From an uncultured Actinomycetota bacterium (GTDB lineage: Bacteria > Actinomycetota > Actinomycetes > JACCUZ01), in NCBI GenBank assembly GCA_963771345.1, contig CAVYTH010000006.1, positions 206,498-270,497 on the forward strand: DNA of 64,000 bases, read 5' to 3'. Below are positions 1 to 9,092 of the stretch, piece after piece. The translations under genes were made by a program, and so were the position numbers. Within the stretch, counting starts at the first letter, position 1. Each line of letters starts with the position of its first letter. The notes under the pieces are model-generated. The model had not been told where the DNA came from and did no database searches. It was given only the letters and a program-made list of their open reading frames with translations.

Positions 1-1454
1 TGGGGGAGCTCGACCAGGTCAACCCGGTCTGGGACCTGCGGCTGGAGATCCAGCGCGGCAACGAGACGAACGTGTCGAGGTTCGCGATCGACCCGGCGAT
101 GGTGACCGGCCAGCGGATCCCGGTGCGCACCCGGCTCGGCGGTGCCGGCGTCGGCTACGTCGAGCCGTTCGTCACCCAACGACTCGACCTCGCCTTCGAG
201 CAGGTGGCCGACACGCCGCTGACCCAGGTCGGGGCGCGGGCCGACGTCCTGCTCAGGCGGGGCCGCGAGTCGGTGCGCTGGCGGTCGAGGAAGGTGGTCG
301 TGGACAACCGGGCGCTCAAGACGTGGGCGTACAAGGTGTTCCGGCGGCTCCCGGTGAAGCCGGGCCTGACCGTGTTCGAGTCGCACATGGGCAAGCAGTA
401 CTCGGACAGCCCTCGCTACATCTACGAGGCGGCCGTCGCTGCCGGTCTCGACCGGATCGGCATCGACCCGGTCTGGTCGTACGCCCGCAAGCGCCGTGGG
501 TTCCCGAGCGATGTCCGGCTGGTCAAGCGCGGCAGCTGGCGCTATCACCTCGACCTCGCGCGAGCGGAGTTCTGGGTGGACAACCAGGGGTTCCCGCGCG
601 CCTTCGCGCGGCGGCGTGAGACGACGTACGTGCAGACCTGGCACGGGACGCCGATGAAGCGGATGGGCTTCGACTCGCCCGCCCTGGAGCGGGCCGGCGC
701 CGGCGTACGACGGCAGCACAAGGCGATGATCAAGCGCTGGAGCGCGCTGCTGGTGCCGAGCGAGTACTTCGTCGAGACGTTCGTGAAGTCCTACGGCTAC
801 CAGGGTCGGCTGGTGCGCAAGGGGCTGCCGCGCAACGACCTGCTCGTCACGGGTGTGGACGACTCGTGGGTGAAGGCGAAGAAGGCCGAGCTGGGGCTGC
901 CGACCGATCGCCGGCTGGTGCTGTACTGCCCGACCTTCCGCGACCGGGCCCGGCGGCTCGAGACGCCGTACCAGCTGCCGCTGGACCTCGAGCAGATGCG
1001 CCGCGCCCTGGGCGACGACGTGCACCTGATGCTGCGGCCGCACTACCTGGACAGCTTCAAGCTGACCGACCGGTACGCGCCGTTCGCCACCGACGTGTCG
1101 CGCCACCACGACGTCACCGAGCTGATGCTGGTGGCCGACGTGCTGGTCACCGACTACTCCTCGGTGATGTTCGACTTCGCGAACACCGGCAAGCCGATGG
1201 TGTTCTACACCTACGACTACGAGGACTACGTCCGCGACGAGCGCGGCACGTACCTCGAGCTGCCGGAGGTCGCGCCCGGCCCGATGGTGGCCACGACCGA
1301 CGAGCTGATCAAGGCGCTGGAGTCGGTGGACGACGACGTCGAGCGGTTCCGCGACAAGTACGCCGAGTTCCGCGAGCGGTTCTGCAGCTTCGAGTCCGGG
1401 CATGCCGCCGAGGACGTCGTGCGGGAGTTCTTCGCCGACCGGGACAAGCCGTGA
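1..1454 (+). CDS. CDP-glycerol:poly(glycerophosphate) glycerophosphotransferase family protein (TagF/TagB-like), 5' partial. The reading frame is open to the window edge.
   Basis: 460-aa ORF with TagF hallmarks: QTWHGTP, LVTDYSSVMFDF, and a C-terminal FRERFCSFESGHAAE tail. There is no stop upstream in frame at position 3, so the gene starts before the window. Confidence 0.85.
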   Translation, partial: GELDQVNPVWDLRLEIQRGNETNVSRFAIDPAMVTGQRIPVRTRLGGAGVGYVEPFVTQRLDLAFEQVADTPLTQVGARADVLLRRGRESVRWRSRKVVVDNRALKTWAYKVFRRLPVKPGLTVFESHMGKQYSDSPRYIYEAAVAAGLDRIGIDPVWSYARKRRGFPSDVRLVKRGSWRYHLDLARAEFWVDNQGFPRAFARRRETTYVQTWHGTPMKRMGFDSPALERAGAGVRRQHKAMIKRWSALLVPSEYFVETFVKSYGYQGRLVRKGLPRNDLLVTGVDDSWVKAKKAELGLPTDRRLVLYCPTFRDRARRLETPYQLPLDLEQMRRALGDDVHLMLRPHYLDSFKLTDRYAPFATDVSRHHDVTELMLVADVLVTDYSSVMFDFANTGKPMVFYTYDYEDYVRDERGTYLELPEVAPGPMVATTDELIKALESVDDDVERFRDKYAEFRERFCSFESGHAAEDVVREFFADRDKP

Positions 1455-2602
1455 CCGTCGCGGAGCAGCCACGGGACGTCTTCCTGGTGGCCAACAACCT
1501 CGAGGAGCTGGGCGGCGTCCAGCGGGTGACCCACAACCTCGCGCTGATGCTGCTGGAGCGCGGCCACCGGGTCACCGTCATCGGCATCCAGCACGCCAAG
1601 GACCCGCACGACTACGGCGACCGTCCGTACCGGTGGCTCGTGCTCAACGAGGAGCCCGAGCCGCCGCTGCCGGACGAGTCGGGGCTTCGCGACCGGCTGG
1701 ACCCCCGGGTCCGGGCGGCCCGGAAGGCCCACCTCGCCGCCCGGAAGGCTGCCGTCGACCGGCTCTCCGCGCTCTTCGCCGAGGCGGCGGACGGCCTGGT
1801 CGTGTGCATGCAGGTCTGGTCGATGAACTGGGTCGCTCCCGCGAACACCAGCCACATGCACGTGATCGGGATGAGCCACGAGTCCTTCGACGCGACGCTC
1901 GGGTCGACCCGCTGGGAGCGGGTGCAGCAGTTCTACCGTGACGTCGACCTGCTGCTGCTGCTCACCGAGCACGACGCGGCTCGCTTCGAGCTCGAGGGCT
2001 TCAACAACGTCGGCGTGATGCACAACTCGCTCTCGTTCTACCCCGACGTCGCCAGCGACGTCAGCGCCAAGGTGGTCGTCGCCGCCGGGCGGCTGGCCCC
2101 GGAGAAGGGGTACGACCGGCTGATCAACGCCTTCGCGCTGGTCGCCGGCGACCACCCGGACTGGCTGCTGAAGATCTTCGGGACCGGCCCGCAGCGGGAC
2201 CGCCTCCAGAAGCAGGCCAAGGCCCTCGGGCTGGCCGACCGGGTGCTGCTGCCGGGGCTGGCCGACGACATCGAGACCGAGCTCGTCAACGCCTCGGTCT
2301 TCGCGCTGTCGTCCATCCACGAGGGGCTGCCGATGGCGCTCGCGGAGGGGATGGCCTGCGGGCTGGCCTGCGTCGCCTTCGACTGCGCCCCCGGCGTACG
2401 GGAGATCGTCACCGACGGCGTCGATGGCATCGTGGTGCCGCCCCGGAACGTCGAGGCCCTGGCCGACGGCCTGTCCCGGCTGATGGGGGATGAGGGGCTG
2501 CGGCAGGCCTACGGGCGGGCCGCGCGCGAGAGCGTCCGGCGGTTCGCGCCGGACGCGGTGGTCGCCCAGTGGGAAGGCGTGTTCGCGACGGTCGACCGTT
2601 GA
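1451..2602 (+). CDS. Glycosyltransferase family 4 (GT-B, group 1)
   Basis: GTG start at 1451 overlaps the TagF stop (GTGA). The C-terminal half has the EGLPMALAEGMACGLACVAFD GT4 signature. Intact 383-aa frame. Confidence 0.85.
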   Translation: MTVAEQPRDVFLVANNLEELGGVQRVTHNLALMLLERGHRVTVIGIQHAKDPHDYGDRPYRWLVLNEEPEPPLPDESGLRDRLDPRVRAARKAHLAARKAAVDRLSALFAEAADGLVVCMQVWSMNWVAPANTSHMHVIGMSHESFDATLGSTRWERVQQFYRDVDLLLLLTEHDAARFELEGFNNVGVMHNSLSFYPDVASDVSAKVVVAAGRLAPEKGYDRLINAFALVAGDHPDWLLKIFGTGPQRDRLQKQAKALGLADRVLLPGLADDIETELVNASVFALSSIHEGLPMALAEGMACGLACVAFDCAPGVREIVTDGVDGIVVPPRNVEALADGLSRLMGDEGLRQAYGRAARESVRRFAPDAVVAQWEGVFATVDR

Positions 2603-2621
2603 CCGCCGGCTGACCTGCTCT

Positions 2622-2652
2622 TTGCCCTGTTCGGGCTACCTTGCCCTGTTCG
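2622..2652 (+). promoter_or_regulatory. Two direct repeats TTGCCCTGTTCG (2622-2633 and 2641-2652) in the lower-GC intergenic region upstream of the nuclease gene. Candidate transcription-factor site or promoter region.
   Basis: Exact 12-nt direct repeat spaced 19 nt, seen by eye. Local GC is lower than surrounding coding DNA. Confidence 0.3.
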
Positions 2653-2695
2653 TTCCCTGCTCAAGGCCGCCTCCCGTGGCGCCGAGAAACACTAG

Positions 2696-3971
2696 GTGAC
2701 CCGCGTAGCCATGACCCGACCCGCCCTGCTGGCCGCCTGCGCTCTCGCGCTGCCCCTGATGGTGCTGGTGCCGCTCGGGCGCCGACGCCGGCACCTACCA
2801 GAAGGCCAAGGTCGTCCGCGTCCTGGACGGCGACACGATCGACGTCGACCGCAACCACGACGGCCGCATCGACGCCCGGGTCCGGCTGATCGGGATCGAC
2901 GCGCCGGAGCACGGTCTCTGCGGGTTCCGCGCCTCGACGAACGCCCTCAAGAGCCTCGTCAAGCACAAGAACATCGAGCTCCGCTCGGACAAGGGCCGCA
3001 CCGGCATCATGAACCGCCTGGAGCGACGGGTCATCGTCCCCATCGCCGGCGGCCAGAAGGTCGACGCGTCGACCTGGATGCTCGAGCGCGGCTGGGGCGT
3101 CTGGATGCCGCGCGACGGCGAGATCACCCAGAGCCTCCAGCAGCACCAGGCGGCAGACCGCGCAGCCGCGGCCGGCCTGGGCTGGTTCAACAGCGCCCGG
3201 TGCGGGATCGGACCCTTCTCGGAGGAGTCCCTGACCATGCAGGTCCAGTACATCTCCGACGCTGCGCACTGGATGGGCGCCACCGCGCTGCGCAACCAGG
3301 AGTTCATCCGGATCCGCAACGACGGACCGGAGCCCGTGAGCATCGACGGCTGGACGCTCCGCGTCGGGAACGACCGCAGCCGCCGCGTGCCCGGCGGTGG
3401 CGCGATCCCGCCAGGGCAGGCCGTGGACATCCACGTCGGCTTCGGCACCAACAGCGCGACCGACCGCTTCCTCGGCAGCAGCGTCCCGATGCTGGTCAAC
3501 GCCTCCATCGACGGCGGCAAGCACCTCGGCAGCGGCAGCTACCTGATCGACCCCAACAACGACATCCGCGCCCACATGACGTGGCCGTGCACGTACCAGT
3601 GCGTCGACCCGATGGGCGGCGCCCTGGTCTTCTCGAACCTGAGCATCGACCCGGACGGCAACGAGGGCTATGCCCTCAACACCGAGTGGGTGGAGATCAC
3701 CAACCAGGGCACGGTTCCGGTGCAGACCGGCAGCCTGGTGCTCGAGGCGTGGCCCTACATCTACGAGTTCCCGCCGGACCACTGGCTCGCCCCGGGCGAG
3801 ACCATGCGGGTGTCCAGCGGCTCCGGCGACGACACTCGGCTCAGCCGGCACCTGAAGGCTCGGGTGCCACCGCTGGACAACTTCAACGGTCGCGTGCTGC
3901 TCCGCACGTACGACGCGATCACCGTCGACTGCGTCTACTGGGGCAAGACCCGGTGCCCGGCCGGCTCCTGA
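2696..3971 (+). CDS. Secreted thermonuclease (SNase-like) fused to two lamin-tail domains. The reading frame is broken near 2777-2780 by an apparent extra G in a GGG run.
   Basis: Frame 2 (mod 3) from 2696 gives a signal peptide, MTRPALLAACALALPLMVLVPLG. Frame 0 from about 2778 gives ADAGTYQKAKVVRVLDGDTIDV...RVRLIGIDAPE, a classic SNase motif, followed by two LTD-like repeats (EFIRIRNDGPEPVSIDGWTL and EWVEITNQGTVPVQTGSLVL). Removing one G at 2777-2779 joins the frames as PLGADAGTYQK. Confidence 0.7.
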
Positions 3972-4026
3972 CCGTCTGACACGTCGGTCTCCTTGCCGGG
4001 CCGAGGTCGCCTGGTACCGTCCGCTC

Positions 4027-4368
4027 GTGGCTCTTGAGCTCTTCGCAGGTATCCCGGTCGGCGACCTCGAGCGGGCGTCCGCCTGGTACGAGCGGCTGCT
4101 CGGCTCGGGGCCGAGCTTCCTGCCGAACGACACGGAAGCCGTGTGGGAGCTCGCCGAGCACCGGTCGGTGTTCATCGAGCTGCGGCCGGAGCACGCCGGC
4201 CATGCGATGCACACGCTCATCGTCGACGACCTCGATGCACGGGTCCAGGGGATCTCCGACCGCGGGATCGAGCCCGCCGAACGGGAGACCTACTCGAACG
4301 GCGTGCAGAAGGTGACCTATCGCGACCCGGACGGCAACGAGATCGGTTTCGGCGGGCTCCCGGCCTAG
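4027..4368 (+). CDS. VOC (glyoxalase/bleomycin-resistance/dioxygenase) family protein
   Basis: 113-aa intact ORF with GTG start. Glyoxalase-like fold motifs: HTLIVDDLDA...YRDPDGNEIGF. Confidence 0.7.
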   Translation: MALELFAGIPVGDLERASAWYERLLGSGPSFLPNDTEAVWELAEHRSVFIELRPEHAGHAMHTLIVDDLDARVQGISDRGIEPAERETYSNGVQKVTYRDPDGNEIGFGGLPA

Positions 4369-4397
4369 GGCGTGGCCGCCGCCCAGCTGCGGTTCTC

Positions 4398-4886
4398 CTA
4401 CCGGTCTTCCAGCACCGCGAGGTCACGCACCGCGAATCTCCGATGCTCCAGGTGCTCGTTCAGGACCACTCGGAGAGACTCAGCCACCGAGTTCGTCTCT
4501 TCGCCCCACGACGGGTGGCCGAGCGCGGCGGTGCGGGTCTGCCCGAGCTGGTCGTCGGTGACGGCAGCCACGGCATCGCCCACCCGCGCCGCCTGCTTCG
4601 AGTACTCGGCGACGACCTCGTCGAACGACAGTGCGGCAGCCGGGTCGAGCCCCAGGTCGGCAGCCTCGGCGGGAGCACAGTCGGTCGTGGGCAGGCCGAG
4701 CCGGTGAAAGGGTTCCTGCTCGCCCAGGATCATCCGGCCCACCCAGATGTCGATGCCGAAGATCAGATGACGCAACGTCTCGACGAAGGACCACTCGTCG
4801 TCCACCCGCTCCTGCCGCGCGCTCTCCGGCAGCTGCTGGGCCCGCTCGATCGTTTCCGACCAGAGCCGCTCGAGCACGTCCCACAT
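4398..4886 (-). CDS. DinB/MDMPI_N-like (DinB_2) family protein
   Basis: 162-aa ORF with a FVETLRHLIFGIDIW helix-HxxxxD pattern typical of the DinB_2 / mycothiol maleylpyruvate isomerase N-terminal domain. ATG at 4886 is the only start after an upstream in-frame TGA. Confidence 0.7.
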   Translation of the reverse strand: MWDVLERLWSETIERAQQLPESARQERVDDEWSFVETLRHLIFGIDIWVGRMILGEQEPFHRLGLPTTDCAPAEAADLGLDPAAALSFDEVVAEYSKQAARVGDAVAAVTDDQLGQTRTAALGHPSWGEETNSVAESLRVVLNEHLEHRRFAVRDLAVLEDR

Positions 4887-5163
4887 GGCGCGGTAGTCGT
4901 CGGCGGTCGCAGACCGATCTGAACTGCACCCGTTCCGGGTACCTGCGGTCGAGCTCGGCCTTCACGAAGTCGGTCACCTCGACGTCGTCGACGACGACCT
5001 TGCCCGCCTGCCCGTCGAAGCCGGTGATCCTGAGGTCGTCGACCTGAGAGCTGGCGATCCGGACGCCGCTCAGGTCGCTGTCACGGATCCGCGCACCGGT
5101 CAGGTCGACCTGCCGGAACGAGGCACCACGAAACTCGCCGGTCTCGGCGTACTCGTTGCTCAC
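4480..5163 (-). CDS. Pentapeptide-repeat protein. Only the N-terminal 80 aa (about 4920-5163) look genuine; the remainder of the ORF overlaps the DinB gene out of frame. Probable frameshift, or fusion with the DinB gene.
   Basis: N-terminus MSNEYAETGEFRGASFRQVDLTGARIRDSDLSGVRIASSQVDDLRITGFDGQ shows A(D/N)LxG-type pentapeptide repeats. After ...ELDRRYPERVQFRS the translation becomes Arg/Ala junk overlapping 4398-4886. Confidence 0.4.
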   Translation of the reverse strand: MSNEYAETGEFRGASFRQVDLTGARIRDSDLSGVRIASSQVDDLRITGFDGQAGKVVVDDVEVTDFVKAELDRRYPERVQFRSVCDRRRLPRHVGRARAALVGNDRAGPAAAGERAAGAGGRRVVLRRDVASSDLRHRHLGGPDDPGRAGTLSPARPAHDRLCSRRGCRPGARPGCRTVVRRGRRRVLEAGGAGGRCRGCRHRRPARADPHRRARPPVVGRRDELGG

Positions 5164-5248
5164 CGCTCGGACCTCCTGGCTGCGCGAAGACTGCGTCAGC
5201 CGGCGAGTTTTCCACAGCGACGTTCCCGCGGAAACGTCGTCGCCGCGG

Positions 5249-5917
5249 TCAGGCAGCGCGCTCGGCGGCCACCTGGGTCAGCACCTGGGCGAAGGCGGCG
5301 GCCTCCTGGGCACCGGAGACGCCGTACCGGCCGTCGATGACGTAGAACGGAACGCCGGTGATGCCGTAAGCGCTGGCCTGCTCGACGTCGGCCTTCACGT
5401 CGGGCAGGAAGCGGTGGTCGGCGAGCGCCGCGGCGGCGGCGTCCCGGTCCAGCCCGACCTCGGCCGCCAGGTCGGCGAGGTCCTCGGCGCGGCCGACATG
5501 GCGCCCCTCGACGAAGTACGCCCGCAGCAGCCGCTCCTTGAGCTCGAGCTGGCGGCCCTCGGCCTTGGCGAAGTGCAGCAGCTCGTGCGCCAGCACCGTG
5601 TTCGTCTGGTGGATGTGGTCGTAGTCGTAGTCCAGCCCGACCTCGGCGGCGATGCCGACGACCCGGTCCACCATCGCCTGGGCCTGCTCGCGGGAGGTGC
5701 GGTACTTCGCGCTCAGGTAGTCGACGGGGGTTCCCTCGAAGTCGACCGGTGTGTCCGGAGCCAGCTCGAAGGAGTGGTACTCGACCTCGACCGGTACGCC
5801 GGACTCCGCCACGCCCTGCTCGAACTTGCGCTTCCCGATGTAGCACCACGGGCACTGCACGTCGGACCAGATGTCGACCTTGATGGGTGTCGTCACCCCA
5901 TCGACAGCGCTCGTCAC
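5249..5917 (-). CDS. DsbA/FrnE-family thiol-disulfide oxidoreductase
   Basis: 222-aa intact ORF with a CPWC active-site motif (DVQCPWCYIGKRKFE) and a DsbA-like thioredoxin fold. Confidence 0.8.
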   Translation of the reverse strand: MTSAVDGVTTPIKVDIWSDVQCPWCYIGKRKFEQGVAESGVPVEVEYHSFELAPDTPVDFEGTPVDYLSAKYRTSREQAQAMVDRVVGIAAEVGLDYDYDHIHQTNTVLAHELLHFAKAEGRQLELKERLLRAYFVEGRHVGRAEDLADLAAEVGLDRDAAAAALADHRFLPDVKADVEQASAYGITGVPFYVIDGRYGVSGAQEAAAFAQVLTQVAAERAA

Positions 5918-5933
5918 GCGCCGGGGATTCCCG

Positions 5934-7067
5934 TCACTCAGGGCGGGTCAGCTGCGCCCGCGCACGCTTCGCCAGCCGGCGCGCTCGCCGAGCCAGCTTG
6001 CGCAGCTGTGCCGTCACAGCCTCGGTCTTGGTCGCGGGCGGCTTCGGCGGGGCCTTCTTGGCGGTCTTCTTCGCCGCCTTCGCCTTGCGGCCGGCGCCCT
6101 GGATGATGCCGACGGCGTCCGGGGTCAGCATCCGGTTGCCGGCCCACGGGACGATCTCGCGGTCGAACTCGGCGGCGAGCTCCGGGAACTGCGCCTTGCG
6201 CAGGGCCAGGTCGTCGCCCGTCAGGGTCTTCTTCCTCGGCGAGCCGGCGACCTCCATCGGGGCCAGCGCCGTCGGGTCCTCGATGTCGTAGCCGTAGAAG
6301 CGCGCGAGCTCGGTCGCCTTCTCGGTGAGGACGGCGAGGTCCTCCGGGTCCTTGTCGACGGCCCAGGCGGCGATCCGGTCGGTCGCGATCGGCTTGTCCG
6401 ACCGGGTGGCGCCCTCGACCTTCTTCGCCGTGCCGCGCTCGGCGTGCACCTTGTCGTGCTCGAGCAGGCGGTCCGACCAGGGCTCGTCGAGCCACTCGAA
6501 CACCTCGCGCAGCGTGGTCTCGGGGTCGGTGACGAGGTCCTCGTAGCGGACCATCAGCAGCCGGTCGCCGAGCTCGATGCCGCGCTGGACCTGCTCGGTG
6601 GTCGTGTTGACCCAGTGGTTGACGGCACCGACCCAGTTCAGCCGGAACCGCTCGGACACCGACGTGGCGACCGCGCCGGGCTGGCGGACCATCGCGATGA
6701 ACACGGCGTCGGGGAAGACGCGGGACAGCTCGCGCAGGTGCCAGGCGTGCCACGGCGTCTTGTCACCCCAGCGCTTCTTGCCGTGGCCGGCGGCGAACCG
6801 CTCGAACATCCCGGCGTAGAACTCGCGCATCCGCTCGTCGAGCTCGTCGTCGGACCAGCCGAGCCGGCCGTACCAGTCGCCACCGTGCCGGTGGAACGGG
6901 ATCCACTTGTGCGCCAGGTAGGCGCGCATGATGCTCGTCTCCTGGGCGATCGCGATGTTGTCGTGGCTGTCCACGATCAGCCGCATCAGCGTCGTCCCCG
7001 AACCCATGGGTCCGACGATGAAGATGGGCTTCCCGCTGCTCACGACGTCGGTGCGGTCGTCTGGCAC
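5934..7067 (-). CDS. Sulfotransferase family protein with a lysine/alanine-rich basic C-terminal tail
   Basis: 5'-PSB P-loop IFIVGPMGSGTTL, the WGDKTPWHA...RQPGAVATS 3'-PB region, and a C-terminal KAKAAKKTAKKAPPKPPATK...RRARRLAKRARAQ tail. Confidence 0.8.
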   Translation of the reverse strand: MPDDRTDVVSSGKPIFIVGPMGSGTTLMRLIVDSHDNIAIAQETSIMRAYLAHKWIPFHRHGGDWYGRLGWSDDELDERMREFYAGMFERFAAGHGKKRWGDKTPWHAWHLRELSRVFPDAVFIAMVRQPGAVATSVSERFRLNWVGAVNHWVNTTTEQVQRGIELGDRLLMVRYEDLVTDPETTLREVFEWLDEPWSDRLLEHDKVHAERGTAKKVEGATRSDKPIATDRIAAWAVDKDPEDLAVLTEKATELARFYGYDIEDPTALAPMEVAGSPRKKTLTGDDLALRKAQFPELAAEFDREIVPWAGNRMLTPDAVGIIQGAGRKAKAAKKTAKKAPPKPPATKTEAVTAQLRKLARRARRLAKRARAQLTRPE

Positions 7068-7155
7068 GCGGTCTCCTCGGTGGTGGGCAGCAGGCGGGGC
7101 GGTCGAAGCGGCCCCACGATACGCGGCGGCCCGGGGTGCTCGACAACCGCGTCAG

Positions 7156-9092
7156 ATGTCGTCCGGTACCGTCAGCCCGGTGCTGCTGAGCGTCGTCCTG
7201 GTCGTCCGCCGGCACCAGGCCTGGGTCCGGCCGTGCCTTCGGTCGATCCTCGACCAGGCTCCCGCCGACCTCGATGTGGTGGTCGTCGACGACGCGTCAC
7301 CGGACCACTCGGCACGCATCATCGCGGAGGCCGTCGCCGGCGATCCGCGCGTCCGGACCCACCGCTCGGACCGGCAGGTCGGCACCGCCGAGTCGATCCG
7401 GACCGGCGCTGGAGCTGGCGCGCGGCCACTACGTCTGGCTGGTCGAGGCGGCGGACCTGCTGCTGCCCGGGGCGTTCGCGGCGGTGTTCGCCGGGCTGGC
7501 GTCGACCCCCGACGTACTCCTCGTCAGCGAGGTCGAGCGTGACGTCTACGGCAAGGACCGCAGCCCGGGCAGTCAGCCGGTCATGCGCAACCGGATCGTC
7601 CGGCGGGAGCAGCTCCTCGACATCGTCGCCCAGCCAGATGGGCACTCCAGGGAGAGCGACCTCGCGGCCGCCGTCCTCGGCCGCGCTGCGACCGTGGAGC
7701 AGGTCGACACCGCGGTCTACGCCCACCGGGTCCTTCCCGCCCGGGTCGTCCGGCAGTGGACGGACGGCGACCCGTGGTACGCCGCTCCGTCGCAGCCGGC
7801 CACGCCGGAAGGTACGACGCCCCACCAAGGCCACCGCCCGGCGGATCGCGCGGCGCGTGCCACGCAGCCGGACCGCCCTGCGCAGAGGCGGTCCGTGAGG
7901 CCCGCTACGCGGCAGAGCGTCGCCGCCCGCTCGACCCGAACCTCGCGGTGTTCGCGGCGTACTGGGGCGCGGCCTACTCGTGCAACCCGCGCGCCATCTT
8001 CGAGAAGGCCCGCGAGCTGGCGCCCTGGATCCGTGGCGTCTGGGTGGTCAAGCGCGGGTCCGAGCACGTCCTGCCGGGCGGCATGGAGTACGTCGTCGAA
8101 GGCAGCAGGGAGTACTACCGCCTGATGGCGCGGGCGACGTACTTCGTCAACAACGTCAACTTCCCCAACGACATCGTCAAGCGGCGCGGGCAGGTCCACC
8201 TGCAGACCCACCACGGCACTCCGCTCAAGACGATGGGCATGGACCTGGTCAACGCCAAGCACAGCAGCCTGGGCCTGAACTTCCGGCGGCTGATGACCCG
8301 GGTGGCGCGGTGGGACTACAGCATCTCGGCCAACGAGTTCACGACCGAGATCTGGGAGCGGGTCTACCCGAGCGGCACCTACGAGAGCCTCGAGACCGGC
8401 TACCCGCGCAACGACGTCCTCGCCACCGCGACGCGCCGAGCACCGGCGACCGGGTGCGCGCCGAGCTGGGCATCGCGCCGGGCCAGCAGGCGGTGCTCTA
8501 CACGCCGACGCACCGCGAGTACACCAAGGAGTACGTGCCGCTCGTCGACCTCGACGAGCTGGTCGCCGCACTCCCCGAGCACGTCGTCGTCCTCATGCGC
8601 GCGCACTACTTCTACGGCGGCGACGTCGCGTCCGCCGCCGGGCCGCGGGTGATCGACGTGGCGGCGCACCCGTCGATCGAGGACCTCTCGATCGCGTCCG
8701 ACCTGCTGATGACCGACTACTCGTCGCTGATGTTCGACTACGCCGTGCTCGACCGGCCGATCGTCATCTACGCGCCGGACTGGGACACCTACCGGACCGA
8801 GCGCGGCACCTACTTCGACCTGCTGGCCGAGCCGCCGGGCGCCGTCGCGACCACCCAGGCCGAGCTGATCGACGTCCTGCGGCTCCGGTCGGGCCGAGGA
8901 CGCCGACAGTGCCGCGCTCCGCCGTAACTTCCGGTCCCGATACTGTTCCCTCGAGGACGGCGGGGCGGCCGAGCGGGTCGTACGGCGGCTCTGGCCGGGG
9001 CCTGCAGACCCCGTCCCAGCGCGCACGACCACCACGACCACGGCTCCGGCCACTACACGTCTCCGGCTCCCGCCGGGAAGGAGGAAGCATGA
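7156..9092 (+). CDS. Bifunctional GT2 glycosyltransferase / CDP-glycerol glycerophosphotransferase (TagF-like). The reading frame is interrupted at least 4-5 times (~7410, ~7800-7900, ~8440, ~8900-9000).
   Basis: GT2 N-terminus: VSPVLLSVVLVV...DLDVVVVDDASPDHS. After a frame change: LELARGHYVWLVEAAD. Then the TagF domain across three frames: LDPNLAVFAAYWG...QTHHGTPLKTMG, MTDYSSLMFDY, and a C-terminal RNFRSRYCSLEDGGAAERVVRRL. The most plausible stop is TGA 9090-9092, overlapping the next ATG. Confidence 0.6.

Noticed and set aside
2661-4220. 519-aa minus-strand ORF, plus many other long Arg/Ala/Pro-rich ORFs throughout the six-frame track (e.g. 1226-2320, 5196-5855, 12112-13818 distal part, 15546-16349, 16442-17755, 22578-24089, 24172-26295, 26949-28697, 44432-45925, 45213-47342)
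   Set aside because: They are antisense or out-of-frame shadows of clearly homologous genes in a 72%-GC genome. Composition is dominated by R, A, G and P, with no recognisable domains.
7156-9092. Calling the multiply disrupted GT2-TagF gene (and fbiA, fbiB, SIS, DUF58) as true pseudogenes
   Set aside because: Disruptions are too frequent and hit essential conserved genes genome-wide in this window. Where resolvable, they are single extra bases in G/C runs. Sequencing error is more parsimonious than decay. Only the CPT-like fragment, with its missing N-terminus at a gene junction, was kept as a pseudogene.
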